Shown here piece after piece: positions 15,334-28,361 of a stretch of DNA of 64,000 bases. The notes beneath the pieces are model-generated. The model had not been told where the DNA came from. It searched no databases and was given only the letters and a program-made list of their open reading frames with translations. Within the stretch, counting starts at the first letter, position 1. Every line of letters starts with the position of its first letter. The stretch is from Octopus sinensis (Eukaryota), in the NCBI RefSeq assembly GCF_006345805.1, contig NC_043012.1:52948001-53012000 (forward strand). The letters are read 5' to 3'. The translations under genes were made by a program, and so were the position numbers.

Positions 15334-16619
15334 TTACGGAATATGATTCCAAACTTACAGGGAAAAATTCAATTTAGTATTACTAAATAAAATTTCACAA
15401 TATATAATACATGTATAAAATTAGAGAAGAACCACCATGTAGCAATTCAACAATGATATACTTAAATCATACCATATAGAAAAAAATTAAAGATACAATA
15501 AAACATTTACCTAGAACTAAATAAATTATGAAATAATAAATAAAAAGTATATAATTAGTAAACATATATATATATATATATATATATATTTTATTTATAT
15601 TATTATATATAGGTATGAATCTATGTGTGCATGTGTGTGAGTTGTTACTATCTCATTGTCTTGACATCACAATAGTTGTAAATGAAAGTCACCATCACAC
15701 AAGTGGTGTCTTTTGTTTCTAGTCTTCTGTGGAAAGCAGCTTGGTCATGGGGTAAATATTACCTTCCTTGGAAACAGGTGGGAGTTTATAATAGGAGGGG
15801 CAACGGTCCATAGGGAATCTGCCTCAGGAAATTCTTTCTGACCCATGAATGCATGGAAAAGCAGTCATGGTGGTGATGATGATTATGGTGGTCGTGGTGA
15901 TGATGATGATGATGATGGTAGTGGTGGTGATAGTGATGATGGTAATGATGTTGACAACGACAGCAATGACGATGATGATGATGAAGAATAGGGGCATAAG
16001 TTTTTGTTAACTACTGTAGCTCTAACGATATCAACTGACTTCATAATAACAACAGCAAAACACTCCTTCAAATTGATTTTGGCAAACCTTCCAGAATGAT
16101 TCCAATGGATTGGGATTTAACAAGAGAGCAAAATGAAGAAATCCTTTAAAATAAAATCACAAAGAAAACACAAATATCATTTTCAATGTAGAAATCAGAA
16201 ATCTTAACACAATCTAAATTATCATTCTTCCAATCTCTCTCTGTATGTATGTATGCATGCATGCATGTAAGCTTGTACATGTGTGTGTAGGATTTGAATT
16301 AGAAGATTTGTGAGCTTATTGGACAAATACACTTGAGTACTGCTTCCAACGCTTTACTTTCTGAGTTCAAACTTCACCAATATTAACAATGCTTTTCATC
16401 CTTCTGAGGGTCAAGGATAAGGTTTGATAAAATACCACTCAAATATTGGAGTTGGTTTTTCTTATTTTTTTCTAAGACTTTCTCTCAGAATGAGTTCCAC
16501 TGCATGATGATTAGTGTTGCTTGGCTGTAAGCAATGACGGAAGGTGAAGTAAATGCTTTACGACCTCTACTCATATAGAATGTTATAAAACTGTCCAGAG
16601 AAACCAGACGTAGTGGGGG

Positions 16620-16902
16620 GAGGGGGTGAACCAAAGTACTGTACAGAACAAAAAAGTTTGCAAAAAAATTTTACATATCCTTCGCCATATCGAAGTTCAC
16701 CTATTGTGGTTCACTTCTTGCAGTTTATTATTTGAGATTATGTCGATTCCTCCATGGTGTTATTTTGCATTTATAATAAAATATATATATATAAATTATA
16801 AAAATAATACAGAAAATATACAGTACTGTTTCTATTTTGTGCATTTTCACCTATCGCAGAGGGTTATGGAACGTAACACGTGCAATAATCAAGGGATTAC
16901 TG
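16620..16902. mobile_element. Tigger-like terminal fragment
   Basis: Ends ggaacgtaacacgtgcaataatcaagggattactg-TA, resembling Tigger-type TIRs; the other end was not found. Confidence 0.45.
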
Positions 16903-17020
16903 TACATTTAAAACCGGTTAAGATAGCGAAATGGTGTGAGGGTCGTTGCTCTGGCATTGAGGTAGATCTAGCCACCTCTTTAACAGGGGCAAAACCCGGA
17001 TTCAAAATGATGGATGGATG

Positions 17021-17246
17021 GATGTGACTGTGTGGTAAGAAGCTTGCTTCCCAACCACATGGTTCCAGGTTCAGTCCAAATGCATGGCACCTTGGGCAAG
17101 AATCTTATATTGTAACCTTGAGTCAACCAAAGCCTTCCTAGTGAATTTGTTAGACAGAAGCTGAAAGAATCCTGTTGAATATATATGCACACACACATAA
17201 ATATACATACATATATATAAATATACTTACATAAATATACATACAT

Positions 17247-17296
<50 letters not shown>

Positions 17297-17553
17297 TTTA
17301 TTTAAAAGCTTTTGCTATATTTCTGCTGCTTTTAAATAAAGCATATTACTCTACCCCTGGTATTTGAGTACTCTTTTTTCCACCTTATTTCACATTTATG
17401 TGCTTACTCCGGTAAATATATATATATATATATACTTTATTTAAAAGCTTTCGCTATATTTCTGCTGCTTTTAAATAAAGCATATTACTCTACCTCTGGT
17501 ATTTGAGTACTCTTTTTTCCACCTTATTTCACATTTATGTGCTTACTCCGGTG

Positions 17554-17589
<36 letters not shown>

Positions 17590-17825
17590 ATATATCTATA
17601 TATAAATATACTTACAAAAATATATATGTATGTATGTGTATCTTTGTGTTTGTCACCCCATCACTGTTTGACAACTGGTGTTGGTGTGTTTACATCCCCA
17701 TAAAGAGACTGATAGAATAAGTACTAGGCTTAAAATAATAAGTCTAGGGGTCAATTTGTTCAATTAAAACCCAACAAGGCAGTACTCCAGCATGGCCACA
17801 GTAAAAAAACTGAAACAATTAAAAG
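17021..17825 (+). mobile_element. SINE family A interrupted by the 17296-17552 tandem insert
   Basis: Head and body 17021-17180; tail 17640-17825. Confidence 0.8.
17296..17552 (+). repeat. Tandem pair (139-bp period) of the 3' segment of the fold-back family, inside a SINE microsatellite
   Basis: 17296-17413 and 17435-17552 differ at 2 positions; they match the reverse complement of 19259-19365. Confidence 0.85.
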
Positions 17826-18571
17826 ACTATACATACATATCATACACACGCACATATATATATACATACATACATACATACATACATCTTTTCTGGTTAA
17901 GAAGCTCACTTAGCAACTTCATGGCTGTGGGTTCAATCTCACAGTGTAGCACCTCGACTAGTGTCTTGTATTATAGCTATAGGCAGTTAAATGCCTTGAG
18001 AGTGAAATTGGTAAATGGAAATTGTGTGGAATCCCACTGTATGTGCATGTGTGTGTGTGTGTCTGTCTTTGTGTCTGTTTTAGTGAAGGTGAGTGGCTTA
18101 GTGGTTAGAGTACTTGGTTGTAAGGTCAGATATGTAACATTACATTGCACCCTTGAGCAAGATACTTCATTTCACATGGCTCCAGTCCACTCAGATGGTG
18201 AAAATGAATGGCACCTATATTTCAAAGAACCAGCTGTGTCATATTGTGCATCATACTGAATCTCCCTGAGAAATGCATTAAGGGTGCACACGTTTGTTGG
18301 AGCGCTCAGCCACTTGCATGTTAATTTCACAAGCAGGCTGTTCAGTTGATCGGATAAATTAGAGCACTTGTTGTAACCAATGGAGTGCCAGTATTTGTGT
18401 TTGTTCCTGCAGCCACTTCTCAACTGGTATCGATTTGTTTAAGCCTCTGCAACTTAGTGGTTCAGTAAAACAGAGTGACAGAATAAGTACCAAACTTGGG
18501 AAAACAAGCATAAAAAGAAAGACCTCAAGTTCTGCAGTCTTTTTGTTTCACTTAAAACTCCCTCAAGCCAG

Positions 18572-19229
18572 TGGTGTGCAAGAGAAATGACTGCGCTGGT
18601 ATGGTCATGTATTGTGTATGGGTGAGGACAGCTGTGTGGAAAAGTGTCACACCCTAGCAGTAGAGGAAACCTGCATAAGAGGTAGACCCACAAAGACCTG
18701 TGATGAGGTGGTGAAGCATGAGCTCTGAACGTTTGGCCTCACGGATGCGATGACAAATGACCGAGACCTTTGGAAGTATGCTGTGCTTGAGAAGATCCAG
18801 CAAGCAAAGTGAGACAGTAACCGTGGCCTATGTCAGTACAGCATAACCCATTTAAGAATACCCTTCAATCATTGGGCAATAAACTGCGCTTGCAAAGACC
18901 TGTTGAGCACATATAAAGGTGGCACATATAAAGCACCATTCAAGCATGGTTGATGCTAGTGCTGCCTGACTGGCTCCCATGCCGGTGGCATGTAAAAAGC
19001 ACCATTCAAGCATGGCTGGTGCCAGTACCACCTGACTGGCCCTCATACTGGTGGCATGTAAAAAGCTTCCACTACATTCTTGGAGTAGTTGGCATTAAGA
19101 AGGGCATCCAGCTATAGAAACATTGCCAGATCAGATTGAAGCCTGGTACAGCCTTCTGGCTTACCAGCCCACAGTCAAACTGTCAGAGCCATGCCAGCGG
19201 GCGTTAAATGATGATGATGATGATGATGA
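18572..19229 (+). mobile_element. 5'-truncated RTE-clade LINE (RT C-terminus, 3' UTR with ~60-bp internal repeats, (GAT)n tail)
   Basis: LRWYGHVLCMGEDSCVEKC...RGRP.KT.DEVVK...DRDLWKYAVLEK...*. UTR repeat ggtggca..taaaaagcaccattcaagcatgg; ends ttaaatgatgatgat. Confidence 0.85.
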
Positions 19230-19258
19230 TATATAAATATGTGTGTATGTATATATAT

Positions 19259-19485
19259 ACCGGAGTAAGCACATAAATGTGAAACAAGGTCGAAAAAGAG
19301 AGTACTCAAATAGCAGAGGTACAGTAATATGCTTATTTAAAAGCAGCAGAAATATAACAAAAGCTGTTACTCAGAGTTTCACGTTCGCGTTCATTGGACA
19401 GTTTTGTTAAAATAAACTGTCCGACAAACGGGAACGTGAAACTCTGAGTAACAGCTTTTGTTATATTTCTGCTGCTTTTAAATAA
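19259..19485. mobile_element. Non-autonomous Penelope-like fold-back element with two back-to-back hammerhead-like motifs
   Basis: Perfect 54-bp inverted arms (19333-19386 / 19432-19485). Minus motif TAACAAAACTGT-CCAATGA-ACGCGAACGT-GAAACTCTGAGT-A-ACAGCTTTTGTTA; plus motif CTGT-CCGACAA-ACGGGAACGT-GAAACTCTGAGT-A-ACAG. Both ends abut TA repeats. Confidence 0.6.
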
Positions 19486-19529
19486 AGTATATATATATAT
19501 ATATATACAAAGAGAAGAGAGAGAGAGAA

Positions 19530-19591
<62 letters not shown>

Positions 19592-19601
19592 ACATATATA
19601 C

Positions 19602-19632
<31 letters not shown>

Positions 19633-20777
19633 CATACATAAGTGATTGTGTATATATATACATACACACATATGTACATATATATGTATGTATGTATATA
19701 TATATATATATATATAATGATTATACACACATATGTATGAATGTATATTTGTGTGTGTGTGTAAGGAAACAAAAGAAAATGTAAAAAAAAAACGATCTAT
19801 TTTTTAGTTTTTACTTTTAATGAAACTTGAGAATAGATTAATTTAATAAATAAACAAACCATTTCGAGTGTGTGCAATCAACTGTATTACTATACATGAT
19901 TTCATATACACACACTAATGTACATAAATGCTTATTATCAAATAAGAAATTAGGGCTGAATAAGTATGAAGAAAGTTATTTTCCTCACTTTTGTCTTTTA
20001 CACTTCAATTGTGTGAAAATGCCTAGAAAGCTATAAAAAATTGAAATAAAGTAAACAGATGAAAACAACTTGGATATTATTTTTATTTCAATTGTTTTGC
20101 ATGCATTTTTTTTTTTATATTCTCTCCCCCAATTTTATATTTCTGAGTCGCGCCTCCCACGTCCAGTTGTAATATTTATTTTTTTTAGTTAAAAAAAAAA
20201 ATGCAGGAGAATAATATGAAAACAAAAGAAACAAAAAAAAGTATAAAAAGAAGCATTCCAGTTCATTCAAGCAAGGATGTTGGAGAGAGAGAGAGAGAGA
20301 GAGACAGACAGAGAGAGAGAGACAGAGAGGCAGAGGGAAGTAGCAACAACAAAAAAAAAATATATATGGTAAGAGCACTCTTTGCAGGCATGCAGCAAGA
20401 ATTAATGGCACAGACACATTCATGGTTATGCCTATGCAAAGAAAGAGAGAGAGAGAGAGAAAGAAAGCGAAAAGAGTATGGTGATGGTGGGTCCATATTT
20501 CTGATAACACGACTGGAACAATTTCAGACATGATCAAAGAACAGGACAACAATATTAATATTAGCCAGCCAAACGAGAAGCAGCTCAGCCAGTGTTCCGC
20601 ACCACAGAGGCACCATGCCTCATTTGGAAATATATACAACACACCCACAGGCCCATGTATGTGTGTAGAAAGTTATATGCGAAATATATAATATACATAA
20701 CATACACATAATACGCACACACACACACGGATAATGTATATAGATATATATAAAATATAGTTTATATACATGTATAT

Positions 20778-20811
<34 letters not shown>

Positions 20812-20932
20812 ATACACACTTGTATAGTTAAATATAATTATATATTTATGTATTCATAAATACACACACACATTTATGTTATATACATATAGTTACATCT
20901 ACAAAGATACGTGTATGTGTGTGTATTTATAC

Positions 20933-20963
<31 letters not shown>

Positions 20964-20976
20964 CATACATATATAT

Positions 20977-21007
<31 letters not shown>

Positions 21008-21378
21008 GTATATAAATATGTATATATATATATATATATTTATGTATATATGTATATGTATGTATATATATGTATACTCTTAACTTTCTGTTTTTAATTT
21101 AGAGCGAAATTTGACCAGCCACCTACTTGGTAGCAAGGTTGTGAAAGAATGCATTCTTGTTTTGTTAATCATCCTTTGAATCTGAAGAAGGTCTTGCAGA
21201 CTTTTATAGTCCCAGATAATGTGAGCATTTGTAGTGAATGAATTAAGGACTTGCCTTCTCTCCCCAAGAACCCAAGTTCAGCTATACTTTGCTCCAGATG
21301 AATTTGTGCATTTATGTAAGTCTGTCTGTATGTACATACACACACATATATATACATTTATACACACATGCGTGTGAA

Positions 21379-21712
21379 GGCGCATGGCTCAGTGGTTAGA
21401 GCGTCGGGCTTACAATCATGAGGTTGTGAGCTCAAATCTCGGACCAGGCTACATGTTGTGTTCTTGAGCAAGACATTTTATTTCACGTTGCTCCAGTTCA
21501 CTCAGCTGTAGAAATGAGTTGCGGCGTCACAGGTGCCAAGCTGCATCGGCCCTTGCTTTTCCCTTGAATAACACTGGTGGCGTGGAGAGGGGAGACCGGT
21601 ATGCATGGGTGACTGCTGGTCTTCCATAGACAACCCTGCCAGGACTTGTGCCTGGGAGGGTAACTTTCTAGATGCAATCCCATTGTCAGTGTCGTGACCG
21701 AAGGGAGTCTCA
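21379..21712 (+). mobile_element. tRNA-derived SINE family B (Meta/CORE-like central domain)
   Basis: A-box tggctcagtggttaga; central gtgttcttgagcaagac..ttatttcacgttgctccagttcactcagctgtagaaatgagt. Domain name is from recall. Confidence 0.85.
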
Positions 21713-23234
21713 GACACACACACATACTCATTTATAGAGAAAATTATGAAAATAAGTAAATAAAAATTGCTTGGGCTGGATGTATAAAATATACATGCAC
21801 ATATACATGTAAATAGAGCGGAGCAAAGGCTAATAATATTCAGATGATGAACATTCATGAGTTAGTATATAAATATTTATATTAACAGAGTAAGTTTACG
21901 CAGAATACACAAAAATGGTATTACAGGTCAGACAGCTGTTTCTAGAGGCTCAGAATTATGTCATAATGTTGACAGATGTATTACTTGAAAAAAAATAATG
22001 ATATTCAACCAATAGTGTATGCATATAAATTAGATAAATGTGACCTCCGTCTTCAGGGTGGAGAGATAGGTATCCTTTATATTTTTATTTTTTGTTATAG
22101 ACATATACAAATATGTATACATCTGTCTCTATGTGTGTGAATGTGTGTGTGTGTGTATCTATCTCTGTGTTAGGAAGGGCATCCAGCCATAGAAACCATG
22201 CCACAATGAACAGCTGGAGTCTAAAGAGGTCTCTGGCTGACCAGTTCCAGTTAAACTGTTCAATAAATGCCAGCAGAAAAATTGAATTTCGAACGATGAT
22301 TATGATGATGATCTGTGTCTGTGTACTTGTATATAAAAGTGTATAGATATATGCTTATATATATTGCGATGAAGCGATGAAAATAGAGCTGAATTTGTTG
22401 CACCTTACAGAGGAGATGAAAAAGGAATGGGTAGATCGGCAATAGACAGTGTAAGAGACAGCAGCTCCAACATACAAATATAGTAAAACAGATGTTGTTA
22501 CAGTATTCCTTGACACAGAAGTCAAATTTTTCAAAGCAAAATTTACAGCAAAGAATGGTAGATCAAATCTTACACATCAAGCTGACTTTGGAGGAACAAA
22601 AATTCCATGTGAAATGCAGTAGGATTTGAAATGATAGTGATGATGTTTGAATGTTTACACTACAAGTTTACACTATATACTAAAATGACTTGTGAGGCGG
22701 AAATGGTAGCAAATTCCCATAGATCTATGAAGGTATATACGTGCATGTGCTGGCGATATTTTTCCACTATCTTCTTTTTCTCTTGAATTTTCCTCAGTCT
22801 CGTGTTTCTCAAGAAGCGCTTTGCTCAAAATATAAAACTACCTTTCTTTTCTTCTCTGAGCGTCTGTTAATACTTAATATTTTGCATGTACCACATACTT
22901 GCATTGATTGTTGTTTTTCTTGTGTCTTTTCCTCATTTTTAAAAAAAAATTATATATATATATATGGTTCAAATGTACAGAAAGCAAAAAACAGAGACAG
23001 GTGAGGGAACGACAAGCAAGTGGATTAGTTTGACACTTGAGAAAAATAGAAAAAAAGCCTTTGATATTTCAAGCTTATGCTCTTTGACAGAAAGGGATAA
23101 GAGAAAAAAAAAATGAAAGGAGAGTGGAAAAAAAATACATCAGGAATATATATATATATAAATATGGGCATGTATACTTAAATATATGGATGTGTATGTC
23201 TATGTGTATATATTCAAAGATACATCAAAGATTA

Positions 23235-23690
23235 CATCTTTGGTCATCTTGATAGTTTCTCTTCTCTCTTCATCTTTTGTGCCATCTCCACCTGCCTCTT
23301 CCAGAGCACAGTTGCCTTCGATAAGATGAGCTGCATTGATGCCTCAGAAACCAACATGATAGCTGATTTCAAGAAAGAATGAGTGATGGAAACTTTAACC
23401 CCTTCTCTATGTTGACTTTCATCATTTAATCATGTGCCAAGGAAGTTGTATGGGGGTCTTTTGTTTGGTTACTCCCTATCCTAAATAAAAGTTTTCTCCC
23501 AAGCTATAATTTGGGTGATCCCTTTGGTGATTGCCTCAGCAAAAGTTTTGAGGACTTGGTCATGTCTCTTTTGTGCAATGTCTTTGAGTAATTGCTTAGG
23601 ATGTGCTTGAAGGACCCTATCTTAATTCACAGTGGGCATGCTAAGGTGTTTCATTATGTTGTATGTAAATATGTTGGCAGGGTCGGGGAA
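23235..23690 (-). mobile_element. HERO-like non-LTR retrotransposon relic (CCHC knuckle and REL endonuclease)
   Basis: CPL*..GSFKHILS, RHDQVLKTFAEAI, KVNIEKGLKFP, IMLVSEASMQLIL..TVLW..QVEMAQKMKR follow the order seen in HERO-clade proteins. Confidence 0.7.
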
Positions 23691-23723
23691 GGCATCAGAA
23701 ACATCTTGAATCAAGAATGAGTG

Positions 23724-23957
23724 TTATTTCTTTATTGCCCACAAGGGGCTAAACATAGAGGGGACAAACAAGGACAGACAAAGGGATTAAGTCGATTACA
23801 TCGACCCCAGTGCATAACTGGTACTTAACTTATCGAGCCCGAAAGGATGAAAGGCAAAGTTGATCTCGGCGGAATTTGAACTGAGAACGTAACGGCAGAC
23901 GAAATGCTGCTAAGCATTTCACCTGGTGTGCTAACGCTTCTGCCAGCTCGCTGCCTT
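23724..23957 (-). mobile_element. SINE family C, tail type 1
   Basis: Reverse-complement copy of 9360-9600. Confidence 0.9.
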
Positions 23958-24831
23958 CCTTCAAGAATGTGTGTGTGTGTGTGTGTGTAATTTCAACTGT
24001 GCTGGTTCCCAACACCGACGAGAGGTATTTTATCTTTTTAATTGTCCTTCTATGTTAATTGTTTTGACGTCTCACTTCAACTCTCCTATGTGTGCATATG
24101 ACCTTAAACTTATAAATATATTCACATACTTAACATAGATACACATACACAAACATATATTTATGTGTGTGTGTGTGTGTGAACACATGCATGCACATGT
24201 GTGTGCACATAAATATTGATATTCTGTACCAACCTATAGAGCCCATAAGTAAAACATGATGATGTTTTCATTATCTGTAAAAAAAAATAAGACCTGCAGC
24301 ACTGCACATTAAAAAGACTGGGTAATAAAAACACCATGAATTGAAAAGCCGAAAAAAAAATTGACAACATTAAAAATGCTGCTTCAAATAAGTATCCACC
24401 TAACCCATACTGGTATGAATAAATAGATGTAAATAAAGGATTAAACAAGAGAATATACATATACATAAACATCTAAGTATGTTTACATATACATGTTATT
24501 TGTATGAATGAGTGTGTGTATGCTTGCTTATGTTTTTATGCGTAAATAAACTAAACCTCAAAAGTGTTGGACATAATAACTTCCCTCTGTTATGAGTGTA
24601 CACTGATAGGCAACAACAAAAACTGATTACTACTGCAGACAGATATCAAAGAGCATGGCAGAGAATGATGGAAAACAGTGTTAGTACGGAAATATGTAGG
24701 ACTGCAATCAATTGTTATAACCAGATTTCGTTGCACCATATTCGACAACACAACAAACGTGCCTTCAGACTGCTGCTATCTTCTCTCTGTCTCTCTCTTT
24801 TTTTTGCCACATTTTGTATGCTGTTCTTTAA

Positions 24832-25046
24832 CCCTTTCGCTACTGTATTTATTTTGCGATGTTCTGTGTTTCTCCCAATTATTTTAGACATGACAAAGAA
24901 TTTAGTAAAGTAACTTAGTTATCATTAAGCTAGTGTTAGGAGCAGTATTTGTGACTAAGGTTTGGTGGAAGATTTTAATTAAAAACTTATGAAAACAAGA
25001 TATTTGTACTAAAGAGCCAGATTCAGCCGGGCTGGTAATGAAAGGG
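24832..25046. mobile_element. piggyBac-like MITE
   Basis: TTAA-CCCTTTCGCTAC ... GTAATGAAAGGG-TTAA: TTAA target duplication and 12-bp imperfect TIR. Confidence 0.85.
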
Positions 25047-25894
25047 TTAAGAAACAGAGTGAAAAGGGTTCAATTGGTACAGTGCCGTACAGTATGGCAC
25101 TTGTCCATCCACCCTTCCCCAGGGAAAAGAACAACATAAATGAAATGATGTGCCGTGATAGGAACTCCTAGGATATGAACTACCATTTTAGCACTTAGGC
25201 TGAAAGATATTCAGCTAGCTTTGTTAGGTGTTTTTTTTTTAATTATTTTTATCCTTATGTTCCTCTTTTTGTTTTTGTTTTTGAAAGAGACTGAAGCGAA
25301 ACACTAATCCCCTGGACAGACGAATTGCAACAGAGATCACAGGACAGATTACCAACTGCAGATGAATAGTGAACAATGAACGCTGGATGAGGAAGAAGAA
25401 GAAAAAAAAAGCACACCAAAAAGGAAAAAGAAACCAAAAAAAAAAGACGATATTGAATATTTATTTGATCACAGATCAAAGTGGCTGAACAAGCTGAACA
25501 AGTATTCAGTGGACAAGAGAGATGGACAAGTGATCACCAGATGAGAAGATATGGGCATTGATCAATGTTACAAAGAGCTGAACAGTTATGACAGTAGAGG
25601 AAGGGGGGGGGGAAATAAAAAAGAAAAAAAGGAAGAGGTTTGGGTGAGGTGGAATTAAATATGCTTTGGTATGCAGGATTTGCTTTTTGCTATTTTGTCG
25701 AAATTCTTTGGCTTTAGATTAAGCTGATTTTCGATAATCACAAGAGCAGAAAATGATTTTTAGTAATCAATGATAATAGCTTATAGCGGTAGGGATCTGA
25801 ATAATGAAACAAGAGGAAAGAAAAAAACTTTTAATTCAGTTTTCTGGTCACACCATGGCCATTGATAGAGTTTTTGGAGCCGAAAGAATGAAAA

Positions 25895-26109
25895 TATTAA
25901 TAATAATAATAATGATAATAATGATAATAACAATAATGATAATAATAATAATAATAATAATAATGGTAATGATAATAATAATAATAATAAAAATAATAAT
26001 AATAAAAATAATAATAATAATAATAGTAATAATAACAATAACAACAACAACAACAATAATAATAACAATAATGATGGTGATGATGATGATGATGATAATA
26101 ATAATAATA

Positions 26110-26145
<36 letters not shown>

Positions 26146-26200
26146 TAATAATAATAAAAACAAAAGATAGACATAAACAATAACAAAAAATAATAATCTT
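25895..26200. repeat. Compound (AAT)/(AAC)/(GAT) trinucleotide array
   Basis: Direct reading. Confidence 0.95.
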
Positions 26201-27544
26201 AATAAACAAACTGAATTTCTGTTTTAAAAGAATAAAATATGAAGAGTAATTTCTTCCAATTGACCCGAATATAAAAGATGTATTGTGGTGGTGGTGGTTG
26301 TGGTAATGACAGCAATGGCAGAGGTAGTGGTCGCCGTAGGGGTATTTGTGGTATTGATAGCGGTGTTGGTGTTGGTGTTGGTGGTGGTCGTCACCTTGCT
26401 GCTACCGCTGATGATGAAAATGACTATTATGATTGTTATTTTCTAAACTAATATAGCTCTTAAAAACTGAACAGCTGAAACACAACACACAGAGAAATTA
26501 AAAAAAAAAAAACATACACCATATCAGTGTGGAATTCTTGACTTGCTTTCAGCTGTTCAAATGTGACCATGTTTGGCAAGGCCTTCCATTAACTAACCAT
26601 GTGGGAAGGGGGGGGGGGCACTTATGTTGTAAAAACCTAACAGCTAGATCTTGAAAAGACCAAATTCTATCATCTTAAAAGAAAAGCTACTACAAGACTT
26701 TCAGGTGGTGTGGTGATTTGTGTTCCGCAATGGGCCTGGAAGATATGCTTGCAAAGTGCAAGCCCCTTGTGCTGAGTAGGTCAAAAAAGAGAGGATGAAA
26801 ATAGGTCTCTGTATGGCCAACATCCCCGTGTAGAAAAAGGCAAAGTTACAAAGATGTTCATGACAATTCAAAACCAGCAAAACGTACGGGAGGAAGCTAG
26901 CCCTCAAATTGAGAACGGTGGAGAAAAGCACTCCATGCTCTATAGGGACTGAAGGGCTTAAACAAAAAATTAAAAAGAAATCATCTTAAAAAAACAAGAG
27001 CAAACATTAGATAAAGAAGTTCTAGATAGACAGTGTATGACAAAAAAAAAGGGAAAAAAATCATAAAAATGGATGGTCATAGCTTGATTGCCTTTGAAGA
27101 AGGAGTCTGTTCACTTGGGGCTGATGTGGAGCTGAATATAAACTGATGCAGTGAGCAGGAATACTATAGTTGTGCTAAACCATTCACTCAGGATAAACAA
27201 GGGAATATTTCCCCAATTCCAGTTGGATATGAAAACCAATCAATTACCAAGGAATATTCTTAGACAAGTCAATAGATAAAAAAACAGACAGCAAATATCA
27301 ATTAATACTAGGAACAGGAAGTATAAGAATCACAGCTAACATACTTCCAGCATAATGTAATGTTGACCTTTACAAGTTCTAACAGAAGTTGGAAGATGAT
27401 GATTTTTTTATGCAATACAAGAAAGAAATATAAATAAAAGAACACACACACACAGTATTTGGACTTGCTAAAAGGGTTGTGGGATATGAAAACAAGGGGG
27501 AAAAAAAGCAGTGATAAAGAAAAACCAAAGCAGAAATTCAAAGT

Positions 27545-27756
27545 GAATCACAGTTGGTTTTGGCTAGCCTTCAGGAAGAGGACTTCCATAGTTCTTCTGA
27601 GGTACAGAAGAGATGCTGGGATTGCTGTGTACATCTCAAGGGGACTATTTCAAAGTGGATGGCATCCAAATAAAAATAATATGTCAAATATCTTATTTAC
27701 GAGAGTACTGGTATACTATTTCAAGTCTGGTCCAGAAAATTTCTGATACCTTCTTG
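27545..27756 (+). mobile_element. Mariner 3' fragment with TIR
   Basis: LQEEDFH...KRCW.CC..SQGDYF.VD is a typical mariner C-terminus; ends gtccagaaaatttctgataccttcttg-TA. Confidence 0.75.
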
Positions 27757-27773
27757 TACACACACACACAAAC

Positions 27774-27842
<69 letters not shown>

Positions 27843-28327
27843 CCTCATTATCGTTTAACATTTGTTTTCCATGCTGGCATGGATGGGACTGTTTGACTGT
27901 GGTCTGGGGAGCCACAGAAAGCACTTATCATTATGACGGACAAGGGAGGCAAGCTCCCTACATCCAGAGCATAGCCAGATCACCAGTGATTTCACATTTG
28001 ATTAATGCCTATCAGTAGCACTTACCCAGCCTAAGGTTAAGCTCGTTAGCCTCATCAATGTATAAGATTACCATAGAAACCGCTTACTGATTTCAAAAAT
28101 GGTAAAAGTGGAAATTGTAAATAGGAAAGGTGGCTTATTCTTAATTTACAACCAATCAAATGCAAAATCACAGTTAAACTGGTTATGCCCTGGATGTATA
28201 GAGCTCGTCTTCCTTGTCAGCCTTAAGATAAGTGCTTTCTGTCTGCTATGAGTTGTTTTGGCTCTCATTTCTAGTAATACTGTTGCTGACTAATGCCCTT
28301 AGTTACGTTGCAGACGCTAAACGATGA

Positions 28328-28361
<34 letters not shown>

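Noticed and set aside
20115-20648. 177-aa (-) and 110-aa (+) ORFs beside a small CpG patch at about 20145
   Set aside because: Built around GA repeats with no recognisable domain or clear splice pattern; UTR-like at best.
21379-21455. tRNA-like heads of SINEs
   Set aside because: A and B boxes are present but there is no complete cloverleaf; they continue into SINE bodies. No true tRNA, rRNA or CRISPR array was found.
24596-24913. 105-aa ORF with a GPCR TM6-like look (KRAFRLLL...FNPF)
   Set aside because: The hydrophobic part comes from a CT repeat and the piggyBac MITE starting at 24832.
25781-26209. Poly-I/L/Y ORFs on both strands
   Set aside because: Trinucleotide repeat artefacts.
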